From Selaginella moellendorffii (taxonomy: Eukaryota > Plantae > Lycopodiophyta), in contig NW_003314337.1 in NCBI RefSeq assembly GCF_000143415.4, forward strand, positions 37,486 to 76,363: a DNA stretch of 38,878 nt. Reading direction: 5' to 3'. Within the stretch, counting starts at the first letter, position 1; each line of letters opens with the position of its first letter. This document shows positions 20,710 to 33,867 of the stretch, in pieces. Below the pieces are notes generated by a model. It saw only the letters and a program-made list of their open reading frames with translations. It made no database searches and was not told the origin of the DNA. The position numbers and the translations under genes are program-made.

Positions 20710-21538
20710 GGACTGCAGTGGAGCCAGTTTGGCCAGGAAAGGCCAGTTTGGCCTAGGAAGGCCAGACCCAGTGTTGGGTGATGAACTGACCACTGGGAAG
20801 TCCAAGACTAGAGTGAATACGGACCAACAAGTGGGGTAGCTTGCTGAAGTGTTCAAGAGCCGGCTCTAGTTCCCCCGGGAGATCGACTGGCCGATGCTCC
20901 AAGTCCAAGTGTGGGTGGCACTACCTACTTGGATACCAGGCATGGCTCAACGGAACCTCGCTCTAAGCCCATGGCTAGAGCACCTAAAGGCGAAAGGCGG
21001 GGAGAGTACCCAGGTGGCTCGCGTAAGGCCACGGTGTTCCGAAATGTTGTCCCAAAGGCCCAGACTGTGGAAAGGAAGAGGAGCAGTCCTCTGGGGTAGT
21101 GACCAAGGACACAGTCGTGTGGTGAGGAAGTCCCAAAGGACCGTGGGACTTAGTGGTCGGGCCGGTGGGCCTCGATCCAGTGGTAGTGTTGGTGAACACG
21201 GCCGTGGGCAGAAAGGGACTTAGTGGGAACCAGAAAAGGGATATTGGGGAAGGCTATTCCCCTCGTCTGTGGGCACCCTAAGGATGCTAAGGAGTGGATC
21301 TGGAATGATCACTCATGGACTGCAGTGGAGCCAGTTTGGCCAGGAAAGGCCAGTTTGGCCCAGGAAAGGCCAGTTTGGCCCAGGAAGGCCAGTTTGGCCC
21401 AGGAAGGCCAGACCCAGTGTTGGGTGATGAATTGACCACTGGGAAGTCCAAGACTAGAGTGAATACGGACCGACAAGTGGGGTAGCTTGGTGAAGTGTTC
21501 AAGAGCCGGCTCTAGTTCCCCCGGGAGATCGACTGGCC
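20710..21538 (+). repeat. Direct repeat of about 180-220 bp (20710-20892 and 21317-21538) containing a variable number of GGCCAGTTTGGCC(C)AGGAA units
   Basis: Both copies begin GGACTGCAGTGGAGCC and end GATCGACTGGCC. The first has 2 internal units and the second has 4. Confidence 0.9.
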
Positions 21539-21539
21539 A

Positions 21540-23280
21540 ACTTAGCAAACTAGCTAAGGTAGTCGTGGTAAACAACTATATTTGGGATCACGGGAAAGAT
21601 GCAGACTCCAAAACAATAAAGGAGTCACAAGATAATCCCCACATAGTTGAGGCTGGTGCTCATGAATTTGAGACCAGAATTGATGACCATGAGAGGTCAA
21701 GTACGGATGAGGGCAAGAGCCCTCTAAATGGTAGCTGGGGCTACTTTTTATAAATGCTGGAATGAACCCAAGGAGTTGAGGGTGTGCTCAAAGGATGAGT
21801 CGGCATTCTCGTCATAGGGACGGATATTCCTAAGGGGCAAAGGCAGCCCACAAAGAACGGGAAATAATGAAGTGGGAAATGGGAAATGGGAAGTGTGTTC
21901 CCAGAAGAAAGAAACTTTGACACAATATTGTGTGTAAACATTATGGTGCAATGCTAATAGATGCTAATAGATAGTTGGCATGAGGACCAACTGTATTGGT
22001 CTTGGTAAAGACCTACACATGAGTAGGAAGTGTCATAAAGTTAGGCTCGTGGAGTCGATGGTGTGGAGACACCAAATGTGCCAAGGCGTAATGCCTTGAG
22101 GTCAAGTTGGTGGGTTCATACCCCTTCCCAAAGGAATTTTAATGGAATGGGAATGACATAGCCTAAGCTGGAAGGCATACAATTGGAGTGTGGTGACCTA
22201 AATAAATATGGAGGTGTAAAAGCACCAGTAATGAGTTGTAGGACTTAACAACCATGAGGCAACTAAGCAAAAGGTGCAAAATAATTAATTAAACTGGTAG
22301 AAGGTAACTACCCAAGACTTCTTAATGGCATAAAGAAGTTAAATATACCTTTATGAGGGATAAATTGCTTATGTTGCAATATAGTAAGTCAATGTCGTAA
22401 GAGGGAATGCTCATTGTCAAAGAGGCCATCATTGAAACACCCAAACACTCTAGAACACTAGAATGTGATGTTTAGTGTCGTGAGGGTAATAGATAAGGCC
22501 TAAGGGACTAAGTCCCTAGCAAATGATAGATAGGAGGTGCTATCCAAATGTCTAAGGTTGCAGAGATGGGAGAAGTTCGTCTACCCGTATTGGACAAAGC
22601 CAAAAATGGGATTTTGGCAAGATTAGTGATGGGTATATAAAGGCCCATAAGTAACAATGTTAATCCTGGTATGTGGGATTATAAAGTGAGCATATCTGGA
22701 TTGAGGAACCACTCCCTAAGCTATCGGGTAGGTTTATCCCTATGAATACTTGCTAAGGCATGATAGAAAGTGCAAAGCTATCCTCCTAGTCTAGAGGAGA
22801 ATAACCAAAGGAAATGTGTGAGGCTAAAGCAAATAGTAAGGGGATAGAACCGAACCATAAAAATTGAAAAACATAACTAAAGGTGGTTATGCCAGTTGGG
22901 AGTGGAAAATCAAGTGTTGCTCAAGTATGATGCTATGGAGAGTTTAAAGCAGAGAATTGTCCATGTTAGACCAAATGGCAATTAAAAAGCTTATGAAAGG
23001 AGAGGTCTTAGCAAGTTAAGATAGAGTTCCTTCAAGGTTCCCAAAGACAATTCTAGGTAGCTTAGTACCTAGAAAGCCAAATATAAATGGTTTATAGAAT
23101 GCGCAAAATTAGAGTGGTGCAGCAGAAGTGTGGTTTTGAAACTTGCCATAAGGCAATGCTATCAACATTAAGGAAGTAGTTCCTGAGTGTTCAAAGAGAT
23201 GGCTTTGAACGAAAGTCGATGGTCAAAAACTTTCACGCTTATGCATGAAACCCTGTTATATTGGTCGGATGACTTACTAA
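21540..23280 (+). mobile_element. Degenerate LTR-retrotransposon internal region (gag/CCHC/protease-like), paralog of 1745-2383 + 4715-5062
   Basis: Decayed NCLCCNIVSQCRKREC knuckle near 22363 and colinear similarity to the left-hand copy. Confidence 0.55.
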
Positions 23281-23639
23281 GCGAGATTGGCAAGTCAGGG
23301 GAATAAATCCCCTAGTTGAAGGTGCTAATTTCAAAAGGGGTGGCCTATGGGGCTAATCATGGAGGAGTCTATGCATGATCACAGACTTGTTGAGTGAGAG
23401 GATTTGGTAGGCGAAGGAACTAGATTCCTAAGCTGTGATCTATAGCACATTTTAAATATAAGTTGATGCACCGGCGTGGGGAGTCATGCTAGGCATCTTG
23501 GATGATGCCATCCGTATATGCATATACGAAGGTTGGGTTCGAGTCTCGACCCTCTAGTGCTTGGGTTTGAGTCCCAACTGAGGTGCCAACCATCGCACTA
23601 GCCAATCTGAATAGATCCCGGTCAACAATACAAAGGAAC

Positions 23640-26600
23640 TCAAGTTACTTAAGCAAGTGTTAACAATATCCTACTGATGTCTCAAACCCAATAGACCAAT
23701 CTAGAGAAAACCACAAAGAACATGTGGTATTGCGAAAAGCCATAAGCTATCAAAGAAAACAACTAACCATCATGAAAGATCATCAATCATTCCATCAAAA
23801 AGATATATGCAGAATCATCATTTAAGAAGGAATCCACCATCTCGAAAAGTAGTAAATCATTCTAGATCAATGATAATCAAACAAAACCTTTGACAAGGAT
23901 AATCGACTATCCTAGATAATAGTCAATCATCATCAATAATTGCTAGATGTAAAAGCTAATTTCAATATCAAAGCGAGGAGCAAAATGCCTTCCCCAACAA
24001 CTTCTAACAAATGGAGCAATGACATCACTTCAATGCCATCAACACCATAACAAAGTTAAAAGAAAGTAAGAGTGAATCACCACTCAAAACCCTCTAGCAA
24101 CCAAGCTAACCAAAGTCAAAGATACTTTACTTAGTATCTGAAACTAATCTTTCAATAACACTTAGTTACAAATAACACTTCATCAAGGAGTGATTGACCA
24201 CGTCCAAGATGCAATGAAATCCAACACTATAGACTAAATACAACCAAATGATATTGACAAAGGTAAAATCGATATGCTAACATGGAAAAACCATGTAAGT
24301 CTAACAACATGATCCTTTGCAACACCATCCAGTAAAGCAAGCTCATCACTGCTAAATCTTCATCGAGTCAAGCAAGTGTCAACAATCTTTAACGAAGTCT
24401 ACAAGAAATCACTAGTCACAAAGCAACTAACAATCACTCTTCAACTTGCCTTCACAAGACCCAAACATTAACTATTGGTATCAAGTTATATACTTGTCCA
24501 ACATGAACATGATACCCCAGGTACGAGATAAAATTTCATAGACAAGCACAAACTAAATGAGCACTCAAATTTAACTCAACTATAATAAGCTCACCAATAC
24601 ATTTAGCCAACAGCTCTAAGCATGCCTTGAAGAGGCTAACTATGCATAATCAAAACTTAGTCAAAACTAAAATGAAGACTATAAGATGGACTCATATCAA
24701 TACACAACCTCTTCATAGACAAAACTATAGTATGGGTACCAACACCTCAACCTCAAAAAAACTAAGTTGGACATCACCATTCTTAGCCAAGGCACAGGGC
24801 CACCAAGACCAAGTCAAGATTAGTGAGAGCTCACTACTCTCATAGAGTCTAACGAAATGCAAAGTGCAACTTGCCACCAAACAAAATGCTAAAAGAAAGG
24901 AATAAGGGTCACCTTTCTAGAAAAGTGCAATGGCCACTTTTCTACACTAACTCCAGACTCTATCCAACTCAATTGCTTTAGCTTCAAAGGTCAGTGTTGC
25001 ATTATACAAAATACCTATTAAGGTCTAAGCTAACCAAAGTCAACTCTAACCCCTTCACTAGTTCGTATTGGCTTATGAAAACGAAATGGTTTTCAAGCAA
25101 AGTGATCAACAAATCAGCCATTGGAAAAGTCTAAAAACCTTTGTGGAAAATTTTCCATCCTAGAGAAAGAATGACTCTCAGTCTAGGAATGCAAACTTCC
25201 AAAACTCAACCAACTTCCTCTTACCAACAACTTCACATAGGTTCACCTTAACACAAATTCTCAAGACCCATAGCATGCCTAAGTATCGAACATCTTTGCC
25301 CATTTTTCCGACATCGAACACTGACATCTGCAAAAATGCAAAATGAATATCTAAGGTTTGATCACGAAGATCATATCTTTGGACATCCACATTGCACTAA
25401 CACTCTTCTTCAACCACCTTCAAGATCCAATGTAAAGTCAAAACACTAACAAGAAAAATGACATGGAAAATCAAGCTCTAAGGAAAATTCCTTATTACTC
25501 GAACAACAATGCCACTTCTACTAACACAAGTGCTAGCGATGTCAATGCCTCAACTACACACCTTCTCCATTCAACAATCTGCTTCAAGTGTTAATGGAGC
25601 AACTGATGAGCTATAGCAAATGAAGGCTACAACCCTTTTCAACACCTTATGGGCAAACCCTCTAGAAAATAACATACCAACTCAAGCTTAGCATTATGGA
25701 CCACCATCAAGAATTTAGTCAAAGCTACTATAATGCTACTTCATGCAAGTAGATTAGCTTCACTATCAACCACTTTGGGGTTGATCATTGTTTAACCAAA
25801 GCAACTTCGTAAACATATTACTCATTATCACATAGATATGATATAAGTATCACAATGAGTTGATCATCAATTGAGCAGCATCATGAGCAATGCCCATATC
25901 ATTACTACAAAGATTTATGTGAGTATCAAGTGCTAACTCAATTCAACAAAATGCAACATAAATGCCACACCCCACCAATAGAGATTTACAACACCTAACA
26001 CCACCAACTTTTGTTCACAACATAAATAAGTTCATGCCACTCTCTTTCTGACCAAACTCAGCACTAATCCAACACCAAGCTACTCAAGGATCAATAGCAA
26101 GGTTCTCTGGAAAAGAATTGAGCATCGTAGTTTAAGTCTTCCAATAGCAAGCAGAGACAAAATGGTATAGCAGTTCATTGCTATCCATCCCACAACTCAC
26201 TATTTGTAAGACCATCACTTCTAACATGCATCAAGGTAGGGACTCTTGATTGCATACTGTGAACACGAGCAATGAGTCACACTTCGTTGCAAATCATCCC
26301 TCCAAGAAGAGAAAATGAATTACGTGTTTGATCCTTCATCCCTAATGACTCTCTTTTCGGTCTCATCTTTGACCAAACCTCAAGCTTATGTTCACACTAC
26401 TTTCAATCTAATCGAAGAAAAGTTTATGAGAGCACGGCAATGATTACTTGAACCAATAGACCAATCCCTATAGTCTTGATTGATTCACCCATAATCATGC
26501 CTAGGCAGGATCCACTAGTGCTGTGCTAAACAGCTACGGACCAGCTTATTTGCCACTCATAGCAATTCCAGGGAAGGTTTACTTTCACCCATGGTACATG

Positions 26601-26921
26601 AAACAACTCAAGGAACCACCGATATGCTAACATTAATCCTGCCAACTCAAAGTGTGACCTTGAGTTGCTAATGTGCCTCACTCATGAGACCAAGTGTAAA
26701 CTCGTGTAAATAGAACATCTTACATCCATCTTATGAGCCCAAGAGCAAGCTCACATAATTTAGTAAAAAACAGTAACTAAATCCATACCTAAGGAACAAT
26801 TGCGAAGCCTCTGCACCCAAACGTGTACCCACTCGGATCATCGTTTTCATCTCTACATATGCAATAAGACTAGTTGCCCAATCTCATTAGATAGCTCGCC
26901 GAGACTCATTCTCTAATACCA
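23640..26921 (-). mobile_element. Highly degenerate gypsy internal region
   Basis: PBS-like TGGTATTAGAG on the minus strand at 26911-26921 next to a ...CTACA end. RT-like ECSF...SYLGYHV near 24500-24565 and RNase H-like RFDIEI near 23958-23977. Confidence 0.5.
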
Positions 26922-26929
26922 AATGTAGC

Positions 26930-27980
26930 ATCAGTGTCTTGCAAGACTTCTTGGACGAGAGCAAGTTGGTGTTGTGAAAGCATGCAAGGTTTTCACATTC
27001 AAAGCACTTGAAGCTACAGCGCAATCCTGTGCCACTATGCTCTTAAATCTGTGTACACTTGCAGCCTACTGGGGAAACTCAGTGGCAGTGACCTTAGCTG
27101 CACACTTTGGTGGCTGTTCTCCTGCATGCAGGCAAGTTTATTGCGCAAGCCGTGGCCTTGACAGACGCTTCAGCAAATATATCCCCAAAGTGACCATTTT
27201 GATATCTTGTGTGTTCCTAAGTTTAAAAAGAAAGAAAAACACTCAATTCAAGCCTTGGCACCTTCCTGCTCACTGTTTAGTCCAGCTCATCTCAAGTTGC
27301 AGCCACCTCAAACACCGCGTAAACCACGCTATAAAGGTCATCAGGGATGCTCAAATGCCAAATCAGCAGAATCATCATGAACTGCTCTACCATCCATACA
27401 CAAATTCAGAAGCTACTTGGGCTTGAGGATTCACAGGAGACGCTTTTGCGGCACACTTCTAGCTTTTGGAGATGATATTGCTGAATTGGTGACCATTGAG
27501 AAGCAACCCCTGGTAGACAGAAAATTGGTGGAGAAATACCCATAAACATCTCAAGCGCCATCTTATCTCTGGTGAAATCCTAATAAGTATGGCCTATCCA
27601 CACTCATTCTGAAATATTCTGACAGCAATATATTATGGAGAATCTCATGCAACCAGGAGAGTGTTGGTTTCTTCTTTTACCTTGCTACGTGGAGCTTTTC
27701 TATGATCTTCAACAGGTTTTGCAACCTTTTTATGCTTTGCCATCCTAATACAAAGATAGGTGTGGAAAGAATGCATAAAGGAGGAAGACAGGCAAGGTTC
27801 CCCGGAAGTTACAGTCTGCAAGACGCTCTAAAGTAGAAAATATGGGGAACACATCAAGCTGCCACATATGCTTGTAAAGAACCTATAAGGACCAGTGGCA
27901 ATGTTTGCACTATACACCGTGTAAAGAAGCTATCGAGATTGGGATCCACAGCATTCTCATTCAAGTAGATAAGAAGGTTG
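26930..27980 (-). pseudogene. Possible decayed, spliced host-gene fragment of unknown product
   Basis: Exon-like blocks bounded by AG/GT on the minus strand (e.g. MAKHKKVAKPVEDHRKAPRSK near 27680-27743), and two KCAAK..-containing blocks with stops. No family recognised. Confidence 0.25.
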
Positions 27981-28302
27981 GTCTAGAGCTTATCTAAAAC
28001 CATCTAGAAAGTCCATCAAGCTCATATAAAAAAAGAAAATCAATGGATAGAAATCAAGAATGATGTTAGTACAAAGAACCAAAAAAAAAAAAGTTAAGAA
28101 CGAAGAGACATGCGAGAGGATAATGTAGACTGGATATGTAAAGCATTGGGGTACTGTAACTTGCAACCATCATGCAAGTATTTTCCATTAGGTCTGGCTA
28201 TGATGGTTTAGACAGAATCTCCATGCTACAGCATCAGGAACCGGTTGAGGCTGGCAATCTAAACACCATCCAGGAATTATTCTTTGTACACCAAGTTTTG
28301 GT

Positions 28303-30840
28303 TTACTTTTTTTTTCCTTTGTCGCCAGGCTTCCCTTTCTTTGATGGGGATGCAACCGGTTCATTCAGAATAACATCTAGGCTTGTTGACAAGTTTGGAA
28401 CAATTACTTCAACAAGAAGTTTTCGAATAATTTCTTTTGGTTCTCCTCCAGGAATAATTTTGTGCTGTAGTTAAAATTTATTTTTATATATTTTTAAAAA
28501 CGTCCATACCTCCATTGCAATCAAATAAAGGCAGAGCTCGCACTCCCTTAAGTTAATATCATAATCCATAAATGCATTAAAATCATCGTTATCACCTAAA
28601 CAAACATAGTACAAGCCATAAACAAGTTTTCCAACTACCCTTGCTTGGTCAACAACGAGGTCCGGACCAAATCTCTGCAAACATTAATATCTCAATATGG
28701 TTACAGTACAGGTGTCATTTACCAAAAAGAAATGTATAAGATATGCTATTTTAATTGTCCCATCGCTGGTTCCAACTTCTCTCAGTGTAACATTAAAAAA
28801 CTGCTGCATATGAGAACTAAATTCCACAAAAACTTTTTGAATTAAATCAGAAGAAATGAAAGTATATGGAGACTCTTTTCCACAAGCGTCCATTCTGAGG
28901 ACGCTAGCTTCTAGAAATGTGTTTACCTGCTATAAAGTTAGAAAAGATAGAGATTTATAACTTTCAAACCTGTATTTCCAGCTTAGAGATAGTTTTGTGT
29001 TTTTCTCTAGCCAATTTAATAATAATTTCAAGAAACTCTCTATACAAAAATTGTCTCTTCTGCAGAATACATAGCAGGTGTATAGCAAATGATACATAAC
29101 AAACATACCGGAAAATGAAGTTCTGATGCAGAATCCCAGGAAAAAGATGATGTATGCAAGAGAAAATCTATTTGAGCCAAACCCAAACCTGGCTTTACAA
29201 CCTGTGGAAGACAGTTACAGACATTAGATTGCATATAATTCATACCTGTAGGTCATGACAGAACTGCCAAAGTTGTTCCATTGTCAAGGCACGAGTTCGA
29301 CCAAGGTAAGAAGGATTTTTTTCATTATTGGGAAAATAGCTGTCAGACGTGTTAATATTGACATAGAATAAATGCATGCATGTAGTCTACCTGTACAGCA
29401 GATAAATATCCTGCAATTTTTTGTTATATCGCAAAAAGATATCTAGGGTATTCTCTAGGATATTTGAGTCAACATCTAGCACGGCTTCCAAAGCCTAATC
29501 TAACGGAACAATTACGAATTTTGCCTTTTAAACACTTTGACTACCTCTTTTTCAACAGCTGACGCCATCTTGCAAGCTGAATATCTGTCACGAGAAAAGT
29601 GTCCATAATGTAAGGTCCCATCTGGATAAACTAGGCACCCATGTCCTTCTTTTTGGCCATTCTTCCATATTCCCTTGAATCAAAAGTGTCTTTTGACGTT
29701 ATGACGGAAAGTGGCCAGCTACCTTGAAAAGAGCGCCTGTTGCATAATTGAAAACGCCATATCCATTCCTCTTGCCTTCATTAAAACTTCCAGTATATGT
29801 ATTCCTCAAAATGTTACCATTTTCTTCAACACTATCATCAGCCCAAATATCTGTTCCACTGGCAAATCATGCACCAGCATATGAGTGAACATGACAAAAG
29901 GAACGTGGATAATCCTTGAAATCAAGTACCTTCCATGTGGAAGATCATTTGTCCATTCCCCTTTGTAAATTTGCACTGCCTTTGCATCCAGCCGCCAATG
30001 CCTATGCATTAATGAGATATCAGGTTTCTTATTGACAGACTGCGTGACTAGAACGGCTTGACCAAATCCTTGTCTTTTTCCTTTAAACCAACAGCCTCTA
30101 TAGGTACTCCCAGATTTGTAAACTAGGCTACCCTCCCCATGCTTGTAATCACTTTCCCATTGTCCATAGTAAACCGATTCACCAAGCTTTCCATAAGTCA
30201 ATGTCCCCTGTAAAGCAATGTTTCTGTTTTAAGAAGAATAAGTACTTTGTTTGTCACCTCTTCATGTCTTAATCCATTTAACCACTTCCCTTTGTATTCA
30301 CACCATTCATCGGTACGCATTATGCCAGCGCCATTTGGGAGTCCATCCAAGACCTGCAAAATATTCTGGAATGCCAGTAATAGACGAAACTGCTACCTCT
30401 CCACAATAATTTGCTCCATTGAGCCATTTATAAGTCCCTATCCCGTGAATGCAGTTATAAAAAAACTGTCCTTCATATGATAAACCAGAGCTAAACTCTA
30501 GCCTTCCTTGACCATGCATGAGTCCCTGCTTATACTTGCCAATGTACTTCATAATCCCTCCCAAAATTGTGGCTTTCACTTCGCCATCAGGAATTCCATC
30601 GCTTGTTGCCTCACCAGAGTACGTCCAGTTTGTCCAAGCAGACAACACACCCTCAGAAACGCCGTATGCTCTCAAACAAGCATTGTAATCGTAGAGAAGC
30701 TGATCTTGCGTAGCAAAGCACACGTTTTCAGTTGTGCGGAAGTTCACACCAGCCCAAGTTGGGTGCAATGTTTTGTCATTGGACGATTCCAGAAAGTTTT
30801 CCGGCAAATGCTTCTCAGTCATGCTCTGTGAATTTTCCAT
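28303..30840 (-). CDS. RSPH10B: MORN-repeat flagellar protein, radial spoke head 10 homolog B-like (multi-exon)
   Basis: Exons 30840-30397, 30353-30258, 30207-29930, 29858-... encode about 9-10 MORN repeats (YIGKYKQGLMHGQG, YEGQFFYNCIHGIG, LRNTYTGSFNEGKRNGYG). Post-MORN motifs FLRYNKKLQDIYLLY, LTMEQLWQFCHD, LGLAQIDFLL and LYREFLEIIIKLA parallel RSPH10B as I recall it. Probable end KKGKPGDKGKKK* at 28303. Internal exon borders in the 3' half were not all resolved. Confidence 0.8.
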
Positions 30841-32049
30841 GACACACAAAATGACTATGACCTAGAACAGGATACAAATTCGACATTTATTTCTAGATTT
30901 AAAATCTCTAAGTGTGGGAGGAGGCTAGTTTCCTATATGCTTATTTTCCTATGCTAGTCCCTTCCTTTTGAGGAAGTGGTATTTTGTGGCTTGTTTGTGG
31001 CACACTAAGAAAGCTTGTTCAAGCTGTAGAATAGTAGATACTCCGTTGTCCTATTGGAGTAAGACTCATCCCTTAGTGTGCTATTTTCAGATTGAGAACA
31101 TCAGGGATGTTGAAAAGCTCTACTGTGGTGCCCGCTCAAATGTAAGCTCCTCTCTTCTCCATTTTTGCGGTAAATGGTTTCTGCGGCACCTAGTTTGTTA
31201 CACCATAAATGGAGTAATCAATGACAAAAACAAGTATTTAGAATTTTGCATTATTCTAGCTATACACTAGACCTCTTCCTTTTTCTACTGATGAGTGCTT
31301 TGGAAACCTTTGTTGTAAATGCTTTGTGAAAGCTTTATTTCTTCAGTAATATATGATCCAACATCTTTTGCAGATGTAATAGTGTTTCCAAAGCGATATA
31401 TGTGCAGTAAGAGCTATTAAGTATTAAGAATACCTGATCCATGAGTTTTGTTAGATTCAGACATCTTTTCTCCAAGATTAAGCAAGAATTTAAAGTTCAA
31501 TATAGATTTGTGGTGGTTTTGTTTACTTCTTCTCACTGCGAAGACCTGTGTCCAACGTCAACCTTAAGGAGAAACTAATGTTCTTGACTGTGCTCTTTGT
31601 GCCGTGGATTATACAAAGACTATCTTGCGTGCTCCTAGGGAACATGGTAGCTTTTTCCAATCTTTCTAGGCCTTTGATCATAATATATTTTTTATTTTCT
31701 TAGCAGCCTTTCTTTGGGGGCGACCTCTTTCGTAGTAGTGAAGTGGTTTGATTTTACATTTCCCAGTGTCAGCCCACGCAAATATTGGTAAAACGATTTT
31801 TCTTATGTTGTCTTTGTTTCTTTTCCATTTTGCAGGTGTTAGATACTTTCTTCCATTTACTATGCCATATATACCTCCTTGACAAGATAGCGTGATCATG
31901 TTTCTGTTTACTACTCTGTCAAGGAACCAGAGCTTTTTTGTTTTCCCTGGGACAGACAACTCTGCATGTAGTCACTAAGCTTTGACTGAATCTCTCTTTT
32001 TTCCTTATCTAAGTTTAACTTGCAGCCATTTCCCACCAGATAATGAAGT

Positions 32050-32238
32050 ACTCCATCAAGATCCAACACTGTTGAATATTCCTTTAGAATATTTTTGCCC
32101 CACTCATCAACCACAAAAATTAAACTGGCTCAAATACCAATGTTAGGATCCTGTCCATTACACTCTTTGCCAACTTACTAAATGGGTGACCACATGATTG
32201 TCCCTTTTTCATCCTATTATTCTAACCTAGTGTCTAAG
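32050..32238 (-). mobile_element. Truncated family-S (TRIM-like) copy: 5' LTR 32141-32238, PBS and start of the internal region
   Basis: The reverse complement aligns with 4611-4714. PBS-like TTGGTATTTGAGCC at 32127-32140. The internal AATATTCTAAAGGAATATTCAACA is shared with 4473-4496. Confidence 0.85.
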
Positions 32239-32341
32239 AGCCATGACAGGGAACTATTTAATTTGGTGTGGCAAAGAAGGATTTAAGTCTGGAAAGAAGA
32301 ACAGTTTTTAAAACTGTGAGCAAAGATGATTCACTTGACAC

Positions 32342-33867
32342 TATTAGGTGCCAGGTTTGACCATGTGGTCAACATCAGTCAAAGGTCAGCTTAAGGATAT
32401 ATTAAGGCATAGACTTAAGGTTAAAGGGAAGCTAACTTACCCTAAATACTCTGTCGTGACGGCAGTATAGTGGAGCTTTTGAGGTAGCTCAGGGTTGATT
32501 AGGTGGTGAGGAAAGGTATAACGTAGTCTAGGTGAGGCTAAGCCTTTTTATCTTTGCCAAGTCATAACATTGTTATTAGAGGAGTTGATTGTGATGGCCA
32601 ACTAAATCCTAATGTTGATAGTAGTGCTAATGGAAGTGCTAATGTTTGAACTATCCACAATGTTAATCATGAGCTATAAGCCCTCAACAAGAACCAGTAA
32701 GAGATGCAAAAGGAGATGTGTGGGCATGTAAAAGCACTTGAGGCTGGAGGTGGTGGTGCTTCAGGCAAGGCTTCCTTGGTGGATCAACTCAAAATTTTAA
32801 CTTTTTCCAGTGATGGTAGCATGAGTGTTTGGTTTGGCTAGCCAATATGAAGAAGGTCTTGATTGCCAAAGGAACTCCAGATGTAAAGGCTCTAGTAGCT
32901 ATTCCAATGGTTTTATGTGATGCAAGTCTTCAATGGTGGAATTAGATTGAGAACACTTATGTTGCTAATAAGGACCATAGATGAGTTTGAGGTTGTTTTT
33001 TATTTACTCATTATAATGTGGAGAATGTTTATATAGAACTTTGACACTTCTAGTAAGGGAAAATGATGCTCGATGACTACATTGAGAAATTTACTAACCT
33101 TATCAGCTATGTTCCAACAAAGGATCTAGATTTAAATAAGTCCTACTTCATTCATGGCCTTCATAGTGAGAGTTTGAGGTAGCACTTGTGTCATTCCCAA
33201 CCTATGAAAAGTTTGGAGGAGATATTTGATGTGGCTTATTGACTTGACAATGATAAGTACATATCATAGAAACATTCCAAAAGTTATTCAATCAAGAACT
33301 TTGTGAATATAAAGATAGGAATAAACATCATAAGCTAATATTTGTAGTGCCTACTTTAGGTATGAAGGGGTCAAAGAAGAAAAGTTGTCATCATTGTAGT
33401 GAGCTTAGACATTATAAAACTTATTATTCATAACTAAAGAAATGACAGCACAGTAAGAAGAATGGTCAATCTTCTAATGACAATAAGTCAGATACTAATA
33501 ATTTGTAGAATCTATAGTATAAAGATGATGAGGACTATTTTGGTAAGAGAAAGCAGCTCTTGATTATTGCTTGTCAATTCAATTATGTTTAGAACAAGGT
33601 GGAGGCTGAAGGCACTTGTGCATTAACTTTAATGCTGGAGAGTGTGTCTATACCGGTATAGTGCAGGTATAATTGGATAGCAGGAGCAATGACAAATTGG
33701 TTTTAACAAAGTTTATTGAGGAGCATAGGCTGGTGACATGAGGAGTTCTTCCATACATAGTGGAAAAAGCATCTACCTATATGTATAGTATTTTGATGGT
33801 TATTGAGAGGGGCTAGAAGTATTGATTAGTAAAACCACAATTATGTAGACTTTTTATCTTTTATAAA
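32342..33867 (+). mobile_element. Old, degenerate family-A copy: 5' LTR 32342-32569, PBS, gag-protease pseudogene, 3'-truncated
   Basis: Colinear with 2384-4030, with many C>T and G>A changes, indels and stops. Confidence 0.9.

Noticed and set aside
31678-32114. Minus-strand ORFs read as cargo of the family-S element
   Set aside because: S homology stops near 32050. The rest has no recognisable motif, and splice signals favour the opposite strand.
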